From: Octopus sinensis
Taxonomy: Eukaryota
Assembly: GCF_006345805.1 (NCBI RefSeq)
Contig: NC_042997.1
Location: 196,912,001 to 196,976,000 of the forward strand
Direction of reading: 5' to 3'
Length of the DNA stretch: 64,000 nucleotides
The notes under the pieces were generated by a model. That model did not search any database, was not told where the DNA came from, and saw only the letters and a program-made list of their open reading frames with translations. Position numbers and translations under genes: made by a program. Shown in pieces: positions 53,347 to 64,000 of the stretch; within the stretch, counting starts at the first letter, position 1, and every line of letters begins with the position of its first letter.

Positions 53347-54287
53347 AGCGTGCAGGTAACGCAAATGTGTGTATTTATATACGTATTCATGTAATACACG
53401 CAGTTACATATACGCACACACGCATGTAAATGTGTATGGATGTGTATGTGTGCATGCGTGTGCCTGTGTGTTTGTGTGCCTAGTAACTGCTACATTTCTG
53501 TGATTGTATGCCTTGTCTTTCTCTTTTGTTAAAATCGTGTGACGGGTTTTGAAATATATCATTAAATTCATTAAAATTTGTTAACAATGAAACCGATGTT
53601 GCTCTCTGCAAAATATATATATGTGAATATTTGTACAAGGGATTTGCGCACAGAAATCTCTCGCTGTCCTGAGGCAGCTATACGGTCTCATCACAGAGAC
53701 CACGCATATATATGTATATATATGTGAATATGTAGGACTTGCAAACATCATATGTAAAAGCTCACAAGTAATCTGATAACAACTACACCCAATCGATGCA
53801 GGATCTATATGAAACACCCAATATTTAAGCAATTTACCGGATATAAGTTGTGATGCTCATGAATTTCCTATACTATGTTCTAGAAAACGAAAATACAGAA
53901 CGATGCTTTTTACTGTCGAAGTGGGCAGCACGAGTATGCTGCATGTTTTAAGACAGTGAAAAATTGTGTGCGTACACGCGCACGCACGCACACGCACACA
54001 CACACACATACATTTACTTTGATAGTAACTGTCCCTATGAAACTCCTTGCATTTTATGCGAACATTTGAGCGTTGAAACATGCTTGCTCGATTTCTACTT
54101 CGTAATTTTAAACTCTTTAAAAAAACCCTTGTTTTACATATATATATATATTTGTACCATTGATGAGCAAACATTTCTTGAGATTAGTTTGGTATGTATG
54201 AGAATAAATCTATTTACAACCAACAACACACTTTTCGAATTCAGGTGCATTTTCAAACCCAAAAACAAATTCTACATTTTTTCCTGC

Positions 54288-54325
<38 letters not shown>

Positions 54326-55129
54326 TTGGTCGCGTTAACAAAGGGATGTGGATTCGACTCACACGCGGGTAGGAAAGCTTTCTTTTTTCTGTCGAGTGCT
54401 TATATGCCCCTTTATTAGACTATTTTCCTTAGTCATTGCATGGTGAATGCTATAAGCTTTAAGCTTGTATAAAAATACTATATATATGTCTGAATAGTGG
54501 ATATTATAACTTGAGATCTATAAGAGTTAATTAGTAAATATATAGTAGCTGATAGCTTTAATTAATAGGTTTGTCGGTAAAACGTATCTTATTCCATGTA
54601 GATAGATATTTCTTTTTATCGATCATGTTCTCTTTCTGTCCTGATTAAATTAATATGTTTATCATGTTAATATCAGACCTGTTTTTCCCCCAACTTTTTA
54701 AAGTGAAGTTTTAAAATTCAAGTTGGCATTCATACACGAAAGGACATAGGCATTGTGATTGATGAAACTGTACGTGGCCATATATATAGAGTAAGTTAAA
54801 TTGTTATCTTTAAAGCTAATGCAAATGGCGGAAATACAAGATAGGTAAATGGGCATTTCATTAATATCATGACGTACGCGAATACATTATAAGTTTAAAC
54901 ATATTCAAAGAAACTAGTGCAGGACGAAGATTTCAACTCACATTACAGATCGAGCACACACTGTAACTAATGATTGATTTGGTGCTTTAAAAATTGATAT
55001 TTACCTGTCAACTATATTTAATAGCTAAATATACATATTGATACTTCCAGTGTATCGGTTTTTTTATTATGTGAAGTAATAAAATCAACAACAGTTATGT
55101 GTTGAATAAATAGACTTAAAGTACTCTAA

Positions 55130-55182
<53 letters not shown>

Positions 55183-55374
55183 AGTTTGACTCACCTTCAC
55201 ATGACTAATACAAGCCTAACACTCAGTAAACTCCCAATCTGTTCCATAGATCTGAGGAGATGGACGTTGCCTGTGCCTTTCATATGGAGCTGAGTAAAAA
55301 GGTGGTGCTAAAAAATGTAACACCTACCAAATGTTCAAATGTGTCTAATACTATTTCCTTTCGTTTATTCAATG

Positions 55375-55409
<35 letters not shown>

Positions 55410-55689
55410 ACATACTTCAGTGCTATCAATAAAGTTCTTAATCATTGTATCCAACGCACATTGCTCCATATCAAATTAAATGGAAATTCTGATAAGGTGA
55501 CTCTACAACTCCGTTAGAAACCAATATATATATATATATATATATTGGTGTGAATGTATATATGTAGAGATATATATTTACATGTACATATGTGTATATA
55601 TATATATATATGCTTTCAAAAATTCTAGTAAACTGGTTTAAATTAATATTAATTAATAATATGAATTTCTATCCGCATTATTTAACTTT

Positions 55690-55728
<39 letters not shown>

Positions 55729-55744
55729 GAGAGAGCAACTAAAC

Positions 55745-55902
55745 CTTTTTCTATTTTCTCTCCCTGTTTATTTCTGTGTTCGTTTCTGTGGAAGAGCGTA
55801 GGCTCGAAACATAAAAGAATTACTCACTTCCCGAGCGTTAAACTAATACATCTGTTTGTTGTTTACACACCCGTTTTCTTTATTTTTTTGTAAATGGTCA
55901 CT
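55745..55902 (+). mobile_element. Short element with degenerate hammerhead motif (55783-55817)
   Basis: TTT-CTGTGGA-AGAGC-gtag-GCTC-GAAA-CATA-AAA; flanked by (GA)n and (TA)n. Confidence 0.7.
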
Positions 55903-55904
55903 AT

Positions 55905-55950
<46 letters not shown>

Positions 55951-57074
55951 TATATATATACACTCATGTACGTACATACATGCATACATACGTACAAACA
56001 TTCATGCACGTTTATTTATAATATAATTAACATGACAGAAAAATTATGGAGATTCAAATAACGAATAACTGAGAAATCTCTGTTCAGACAGTACTTAGAG
56101 CAAGATTCATTTATAACAATCCATGTACGAGACAATGCAGAAACAATAATTTATGAATAGCTAAAACTAACTTGTTAAAATTTAGTCGAAAAAATTGATA
56201 AAGAATAGGATTTAGTTTGACTTAACATTATTATTGATTTAAGATATGAGAGCAAACCGGAAATTGTTTACCCCACAATGTAACATACCGGAAATAATAT
56301 GTGCAGCAGCGAAAATGCGAACCTAGCCATTTTGGTTATCTACTTAATTTGCAGTTCAGCTCAGAGGAATTTTTGAATGAATATTTTGAAATGATCTTAG
56401 TTTCATTTCCTTTCATATCTTTAACTATATAAAACAAGGCAAGTCGATCTTTATATCTTTGCATTGTCGTATTGCAGCTGTAGCAACTGCAGCGTCAAAA
56501 TGGTTATTGATAATAAAATACTGTACAAATTATAATAAAGGAAACAAAATGGTGGCTTCCTTTAAACTCTAGCAAATAAAAAAAAAAATCAAAATTGAAG
56601 CGGAAAGAGTCGCAATGATAACAACATATAATTGATTTTTATTTCACTCAGTGAATGTTTCTTAGCTTTTATTTTTTTTTTATTATCTTACTTGAGGTAA
56701 TTCCTGTTCACTATTCATAGTGAAGTTTTATCATTTAGTTCATTTTCACATCGCCAAACAACGTAATACAAATTATTTAAAGGAAAATTATTATTGATGC
56801 GGTATTAATATAAGAGGAATGTTTTCAATTTAAGCGAAAGTGAATAGGTTGAATGTGACGATAAATGCCCGTAAATTCACAATTCTGAAATACAGTTTTC
56901 AATGTTTTAAATAAACATTCATATAGAACAAGCATTAACGAATTCAATATCAATTAAAACCTAGATAGCTTCATTTTATTTGTAACGAATATGATTAATA
57001 CTTCCCAGAGAAGCTAAAGGTTTCTGCATGTGGATCACTTGATCCGTTACCATGAAGGGATATTTTAGGTGGGT

Positions 57075-57300
57075 TAGATCTCGACATTTCTTAGCTGAAG
57101 AAGACGTAATGCTAGAAGTAGGTCGACGAGGTCCTTGTTAAGGGATGGCATGCGGTCTTGTTTCTTCCTGAAGTCGGCTACCGCGGATTTCCAGCAAGGT
57201 TGGTGCACCATTTCCTGCAGAAGGTTGGCCTCAAACACAAACGACTGAAGAAAGTCACCAAATAGACTTGCGTGGGTGAGAAAGGATTGTAAGAGGAACC
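57075..57300 (+). pseudogene. RLE-type LINE C-terminal fragment (HERO-like)
   Basis: Frame 57122-57265 (absent from ORF track): VDEVLVKGWHAVLFLPEVGYRGFPARLVHHFLQKVGL, matching GW.....P.EVG.RGF. Confidence 0.7.
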
Positions 57301-57305
57301 CTTCC

Positions 57306-57680
57306 ACCGAAATTTGGACTCAGCACGTAAAGACAGACGAAATACCGCTAAGAAGTTTGCCCGGCATTCAAGCGTCTCTGCCAGCTCACCACGTGGGCAG
57401 AATTTGAAGCCAGAACGTAAAGACCGATGAAACGCCGCTAAGCATTTCCCTCCAGGTTCTAATGCGTGTGCCCTTGTGCTGCCTTTACACCGATGAAAGA
57501 AATTGCTTTCTAGTTTTGGCACAGGGCCAGTAGGTTTGGGGGGAAGGGTCTAAACCGATTAAATCGACCCCTAATGCTCAACTGGTATTAATTTTATCAA
57601 CCCCGAAAGGATGCAAGGCAAAGTGGACCTCGGCTAAGCATTTTCCCGGCGTCCAAACTATTTTGCTACTTCTCCATCTT
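57306..57680 (-). mobile_element. Cluster of partial SINE C copies
   Basis: Repeated AATTTGRAC..AG.ACGTAAAGAC.GA.GAAA..CCGCTAAG heads; CCCCGAAAGGATGCAAGGCAAAGTGGACCTCGG. Confidence 0.8.
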
Positions 57681-57744
57681 ACTGAAACAAAATTTGATAG
57701 ATGTCAGTCTTAAAATTCCCACATTCAGTATTTATTCATTTCTT

Positions 57745-57937
57745 AAAAATTTCATTTCATCTAGTTTCAGCGCACGAGCAGTGGCCATGCTGGGGCACCG
57801 CCATTTAAGATAGGAAGACGTTTACAGCACCTAGGTTTCCCAAGCGGTCACGCATCTAAGTACTACGTAGGCTCCACTTTGCTTAACTTCGGTGATCGGA
57901 CAAGAACCGGTGTTTTCAAAGTGATATGGCCGTAAAC
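57745..57937 (-). mobile_element. Candidate 5S-headed SINE (SINE3) or 5S/LINE-tail chimeric retrocopy
   Basis: Full 5S-like head followed after ~16 nt by GGCGGTGCCCCAGCATGGCCAC..GCTGAAAC tail and (ATGAA)2. Confidence 0.75.
57819..57937 (-). rRNA. 5S rRNA: 5S rRNA-like sequence (full length, probably non-functional copy)
   Basis: GTTTACGGCCATATCACTTTGAAAACACCGGTTCTTGTCCGATCACCGAAGTTAAGCAAAGTGGAGCCTACGTAGTACTTAGATGCGTGACCGCTTGGGAAACCTAGGTGCTGTAAAC; no immediate oligo-T terminator. Confidence 0.9.
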
Positions 57938-58539
57938 ATATTTACATGTATTTACCAAAAACTCTGCCGATAAATCGGTATGTTGCTCTCAGTAGCTGAA
58001 CGATTTACTAAACAGAATCGAACACATATCATGATCCAGGAATCTATATCCTTACCATTTAGTATATGCAACGCACACATTAATTAGAAGTCAGTAGAGC
58101 AATTCATAGTTAAACGTTGATGACACATTACTGATGCATTACACATAATAGTAAAGGCGATACGTTGTAATGAGCGATAGGAAATCTGTTATTTGGTATT
58201 AAATTTACGTGTAATTATAGTTGTTAAACGTTTCATCAAACAGACATCAAATATAGGAAGTCACTTGTTAATCACCTTTCATATTTTTGCTGCCTCTTTA
58301 AAGTCAAGCCTTCAAATCTGCGTCCTCTCGGATAATGAATTAATCTTAACTTAGCGTCATCAAGTCGAAATAATGGCGATCATAATTCTTAATTTCAGAA
58401 GCTCTGAACCAAATATATGCGAAGAAGGGAATTTGTATATATTTACTAGTTTTTGACTCACAATAAAGAGAGGCACGAACTTATTTTTTTTTATATTTCT
58501 TATATCCTTTTTCTTTTCATCTTTTAAATGTTTCAGTCT

Positions 58540-58985
58540 TTTATTTGTTTCGAGTGCGGCTATAATGGGGCAACGCATTGAAGAATTTTAGTTGAACGAA
58601 TTGACCCCAGTTCTTATTACTATTATTCATTTGGAAAGCCTGGTATTTATTCTATCGGTCACTTTTGCCAAACCGCTAAGATACGGGGGACGTAAGCACA
58701 CCAGTACCAGTTGTCAAACGGCGGTCGACAAACAGACAAAAAGACAGGTACGCACAAACACGTACACACAGATATAAATATGTATATATACATGTGCGTG
58801 TGCAGGTATGTGTGTGTGCGTGTGTACGGCGGTATTCTTCCAGTTTCCGTCCACCAAATCCGCTCACAAGCTTTTGGTCTGCCCGAGGCTATGATAGAAG
58901 ACGCTTCTTTAGGGTGCTACGCAATTGCACTGACCTCGGAACCATGCGGTTTGGAAGCGAACCTCTTGCCACAAAGCCACGCCGT
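58540..58985 (-). mobile_element. SINE A, older diverged copy
   Basis: TTATTCTATCGGTCACTTTTGCCAAACCGCTAAG...CAGTTTCCGTCCACCAAATCC. Confidence 0.85.
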
Positions 58986-59160
58986 GTGTATAAAGTATGA
59001 TTTTACTTGTTTCGCCACCATCGAATGACAGTTTCTATTACAACGAGGCATATTCTATTCCTAACACAACAAAAATGTTTCATATTCTGAGTAGGAAGTG
59101 ACTTGATACAATTGACTATTTCTTGTGCTTATCTATTCGGTAAGAAAAAAGATGGGAAAA

Positions 59161-59397
59161 TAAGGCGGCGAGCTGGCAGAAACGTTAGCGCGCCGGGCGA
59201 AATGCATAGCGGTATTTCGTCTTCCGTTACGTACTGAGTTCAAATTCCGCCGAGGTCGTCTTTGCCTTTCATCTTTTCGAGGTCGATAAATTAAGTACTT
59301 GCTACGCACTGGGGTCGATGTAATCGACTTAATCCCTTTGTCTGTCCTTGTTTGTCCCCTCTATGTTTAGCCCCTTATGGGCAGTAAAGAAATAAGC
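59161..59397 (+). mobile_element. SINE C full length, young
   Basis: AAGGCGGCGAGCTGGCAGAAACGTTAGC...GTAAAGAAATAAG. Confidence 0.93.
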
Positions 59398-60105
59398 ATA
59401 AAGATGGGCAAATACATTGAAAAGCAAGTTTGAAATATGATTTAAAGTAGGAAATAATAACTAAATACTTTAATACATTTAACTGTTGATCTAACTTTTT
59501 CTGCTACACCCCCAATAACATGTTTAATATCAGCTCCTTGTACTTGAGTCACTTAACGGAAGCACCGCAGTTGCAAGCTTTCAGGACAGGTTTCCGGTTT
59601 GAGAATAAGATCATCATTACGATCAGTCTCCGAGACCCTTTAATAAGATATGAATAATAATTCCGTTACCGCTAAGGAATTAAATTACTGCCCAAATTAC
59701 GTTAGTTATATTACTGCGCTTAATTACTCCTTAGCTGAAGGTTTCATTATAAAAGCCCCAATTTGAAGAGCAGATCGACAAGTTACAACAGACACAACCT
59801 TTGAACGCTTTAATATGCAAATAGAGGCAAAAAAATAACCGCAGTCACTATATATTAGAGGACAGATTGATTAAAGGGCTTATCGAATATGGGGACAGGG
59901 AGACATATTGATGAGTGGAATTATTGATTAAAGAAAATATTGATTAGAGGTTGCATTGATTATGTAGCCTATAAATCAGGGCAGATATTGATTGATTCAG
60001 GAATAATAATGCGCCGGTTTTGTGAGAAAGGATTGGAATTCGACTCAACTATTCATTAGGAAGCATAAATAGGGTGACAAACATACGCTCATATACATAA
60101 TAATA

Positions 60106-60540
60106 TACATGGTCTCAAAAATTTGTCCTACGAAGAAAGGCTGAGGACGCTCGACCTTTATTCTCTTGAAAAACGCCGCCGCCGTGGTGATCTCATTCTC
60201 GCCCACAACATCATAAGCGGAAAGTGTAACCTCTCGAAAGAGCTGTTCTTCACTCCTGCTCCAGAGCGTCGGCTGCGGGGTCATTCCGAAAAGCTCTACC
60301 TGCGACGATTTCATCTCAATCGAAGGAGAGGAGCTTTCTCCGTCCGGGTTGCGGATCCGTGGAACAAGCTGCCAGACGAGATGGTGAAGATGCCGACGAC
60401 CGCTTTGTTCAAAGCCTCCCTTGACCTCAAGTGGCCTGAACTCTTTACATGAACACCACCCTGTACTTAACTCCATGTCCCCCTACATGGCCTTGCTATT
60501 TGCTTTTGAGCCAAATTAACTAACTAACTAACTAACTAAC
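60106..60540 (+). mobile_element. 5'-truncated CR1-clade LINE: ORF2 C-terminus (to 60452), 3'UTR, (TAAC)n tail
   Basis: GLKNLSYEERLRTLDLYSLEKRRRRGDLI...RGHSEKL...FSVRVADPWNKLP...FKASLD; uninterrupted frame; (TAAC)6 at 60517-60540. Confidence 0.93.
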
Positions 60541-61075
60541 ATGTGTGTATGTATGCAAGTGTGTGTAAATATATACCAAAGAAGGAAATGTAATACAAAA
60601 ATAAAAAAAAAACGTCTTTCATTTATCCTCATTTTGTCCATGTCATGACCTTTCGAAAATGCATTAATCAAGTATATACGAGAAGCCATCTTCGATGGTG
60701 TCTTGTAGTTGATCGATCATCTTTCATATTAAGTCTTTAAAACCATAAGCTGACACTAAAAACGAAAGTTTTCGAGTTTCTAATTCACGAAATCTCCACT
60801 CTGCTCAGTGAGCTTGAAACTTGGAAAACACGTCAACACAGAAAATGTCGAATTAAATCAGGGCAACCTTTCTACCATACCCTGTATTTTCGGTGAGTGA
60901 AACTTTGGATTCCTGACGACAATGTGATCTTCATATAATTAAGCTATCTTCGTCCTGATGAGTAGCTAGGTGATTAATCCTCATTGAGTAATTACATTAG
61001 AGGATATGCTTCGTAGCAAACATTTGTTGCCTAAATTTTACCTGATCCACTCCCTCACTTTGGAAATATATATAT

Positions 61076-61468
61076 AGGCGCAGCAGTGGCTGTGTGGTAA
61101 GTAGCTTGCTTACCAACCACATGGTTCTGGGTTCATACCCACCGCGTAGCACCTTGGGCAAGCGTCTTCTACTATAGCCTCGGGGCGACCAAAGCCTTGT
61201 GAGTGGATTTGGTAGACGGAAACTGAAGGAAGCCCGTCGTATATATATATGTATATGTATGTTTGTGTTTGTGTGTCTGTGTTTGTCCCCCCAAAATCGC
61301 TTGACAACCGATGCTGGTATGTTTACGTACTCGTAACTTAGCGGTTCGGCAAAAGAAACCGATAGAATAAGTACTAGGCTTCCAAATAATAAGTCCTGGG
61401 GTCGATTTGCTCGACTAAAGGCGGTGCTCCAGCATGGTCGCAGTAAAATGACTGAAACAAGTAAAAGA

Positions 61469-61470
<2 letters not shown>
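61076..61470 (+). mobile_element. SINE A full length
   Basis: Match to 21251-21648. Confidence 0.94.
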
Positions 61471-61515
<45 letters not shown>

Positions 61516-61586
61516 AGCATACACACACACTCAGCTATATATTTCTTAATATTTACGAATCACTATGTGATATGTCTCCTCTTTGA

Positions 61587-61619
<33 letters not shown>

Positions 61620-63104
61620 TGTATTTTTCTTTTCCTTTCATAGCATCAAACTAAAATATTCTCAGTAAAATCACATATTTCGATTCCAGCGCAGTTTACT
61701 TCCCAATAGTCCTAACTGCATGTTGAAATTATATTTGAACTCATGTAGACACAAATACAATTCGGAAAGAAGATAAATAATAATTAAATAAGTAAATAAT
61801 TAAATAAATATTTCTTTAAAAAATAAACAGTGGATCAAACAAAAGACGAAGAACAAATGAACAATTGCTCTATAAACGTGTGAAGAGAGAAAATAGACAA
61901 GTGATACAGTAGATCTTCGTGGAATCTTGTATCGGAATCTTGCGTTTCTCGAATACCGATATAAAATAACAATTTTTATATTCCTGGTTTTGACATATTG
62001 ACAGTTTCTAAAAGGAAATATATGAATAGAGACACACAATGAAAGCTCAGTGCGATATAAAGTAACAAAAGGTTATATTTGAAAAGTGAATAACATTTAT
62101 GTTATAATGTTATCGATGTGATTTAGAATAAAGTTTAAAAATTGCATCAGTTGCTACGAAATCTTTAATCAACTTGATGAAAAATAACAAAAATAAATAA
62201 TAATAATGATAATAATAATAACAATAATTATAATGATAATAAAATAAGTGATCAAACAAATTTTCACAGTTTTCTGCTGAAAGGAATCATCTTGGGATTG
62301 CTTCCCTCGGGGGTTAACGTTTTAATCGATTTCGAAATAAAAGCAGCTCCATGTGAAAATTAGATTACAAAGAAAAACTAATTTCTTTTAAGAATAAAAT
62401 GATTTAAATAGAAATTTTTAAAAAGAAACTAAAACAATAAGTGTAGCTCGGGATATTTTAACAAGGAAAATCGAACGAAACTAACTTGGCTAAGAGGTTG
62501 AGTAGAGAATAAACATGAATAAAGATGGTTGACTTTAGAAATAGATAAAACAACCTCTAGGAAATTTACTGGCGTGCGTTCTTATCGTCAAACAACATAC
62601 ACCAATATTCATCAGCATGATCGTCATCATCGAAGAGTTATGCAGTTTTCAAATTATTTCCAGATAGTCTACTCCTTATTTTCTCGGTGTATCCATCGGG
62701 AACCTGTTATCTATTCTCTCCCATACGAAAATATACCGCAAGGAAGGTATTCTAAAAATAATGTGGTCATTATACGGATTCGTTAATTAATTACTCAATA
62801 AGACTGTAAACAGGATCAAGGCCACCTCATATGATGTATTACCCAATAAATAATAAATGTACTATATATCGCTAAATATAGTTGCCGTTTCTCTTCAGTG
62901 TGATTTTAGTAATTAAAGCAGTATGTCACCTGATTACTAGTGATTTATTAGAAATAGAATAACTCAACAGATATTTATCTTCTTTTAGTCAAGAAGGATG
63001 AATGTCTCCATAAAATTTCAAAGAACCTCCAAGGTTAGTCGGAGCAAGTGAAGAAGGTTTCCTCAACTGAGAGACCCGTCTCAAACGCCTTCAAAAAAGG
63101 GGAC

Positions 63105-63491
63105 ACTCTTTTACTTGTTTCAGTCATTTGACTGTAGCTATGCTGGAGCACCGCCTTTTAGTCGAGCAAATCGACCCCAGGACTTATTCTTTGTAAGACT
63201 AGTACTTATTCTATCGATCTCTTTTTGCCGAACCGCTAAGTTACGGGTACGTAAACACACCAGCATCGGTTGTTAAGCGAGGTTGAGGGGACAAACACAT
63301 ATACACAAACACACACACATATACATATATACGACAGGCTTCTTTCAGTTTCCATCTACCAAAGCCACTCTCAAGGCTTTGGTCGGCCCGAGGCTATAGT
63401 AGAAGACACTTGCCCAAAGTGCCACTCAGTGGGACTGAACCCAGAGCCATGTGGTTCGTAAGCAAGATACTTACCACACAGTCACTCCTAC
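63105..63491 (-). mobile_element. SINE A full length
   Basis: Reverse-complement match. Confidence 0.93.
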
Positions 63492-63519
63492 TAAAGAAAT
63501 TTAAAAATCAGGTGAAGAT

Positions 63520-63765
63520 ATTGAACTAAGATTATCAACCAAAGAGGTGAGATTTGAACTCAGACCGCGAAGATCCGGAGCCAATGCCAAAAGGTATCCG
63601 GTTCAACATCCTTACAAAGCAACCAGTCCCGCATGTTTCATTTGTACAACTTCATTGCGCCCAAATGGGTGAAAGGCAAAGTTGAACCGGGCAGGATTTC
63701 AAACTAGAACTGCAAATGTGAGAATAAATACTGCGTGGTATTCTATTCGAGGTTCTAATTCTATT
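63520..63765 (-). mobile_element. Degenerate SINE C fragments
   Basis: ATTTGAACTCAGA and GTGAAAGGCAAAGTTGA motifs. Confidence 0.55.
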
Positions 63766-63770
63766 CTAAT

Positions 63771-64000
63771 TAAGGCGGCGAGCTGGCAGAAACGTTAGCA
63801 CGCCGGGCGAAATCGTAGACGTATTTCGTCTGCCGTTACGTTCTGAGTTCAAATTCCGCCGAGGTCGACTTTGTTTTTCATCCTTTCGGGGTCGATAAAT
63901 TAAGTACCAGTTACGCACTGGGGTCGATGTAATCGACTTAATCCGTTTGTCTGTCCTTGTTTGTCCCCTCTGTGTTTAGCCCCTTGTGGGTAGTAAAGAA
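63771..64000 (+). mobile_element. SINE C, runs to window end
   Basis: Near-identical to 59161-59397. Confidence 0.93.

Noticed and set aside
59521-59790. TG...CA-bounded segment as a solo LTR
   Set aside because: Weak terminal repeat and no TSD
60950-60990. CTGATGAG as a hammerhead core (also CTGAGGAG at ~55251 and a weak case at ~27888-27920)
   Set aside because: No properly spaced stem II + GAAA with complementary stem I

Overview
AT-rich, microsatellite-dense eukaryotic non-coding DNA. I found no convincing host protein-coding exon, and most ORF-track entries are translations of microsatellites or SINEs. The repeat content points to a coleoid cephalopod, most likely Octopus (inference from recalled repeat families). 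The window holds three tRNA-derived SINE groups (called A, B and C here) and fragments of several LINE clades (CR1, Zenon-like CR1, R4/Dong, RTE, HERO-like RLE). It also holds three mariner lineages, a non-autonomous Helitron and a possible solo LTR. Four signals stand out. (1) Several unrelated ~150-200 bp elements each carry a minimal type-I hammerhead ribozyme fold with covarying stems (Penelope-pLTR/retrozyme-like). (2) A full-length, structurally compensated 5S rRNA variant is fused to the same 3' tail used by SINE A, making it a candidate 5S-headed SINE3. (3) SINE B copies show combinatorial head/body/tail swapping. (4) Long inverted repeats and inverted SINE pairs could form dsRNA. Family assignments rest on motif recall, not database searches, and boundaries of degenerate elements are approximate.
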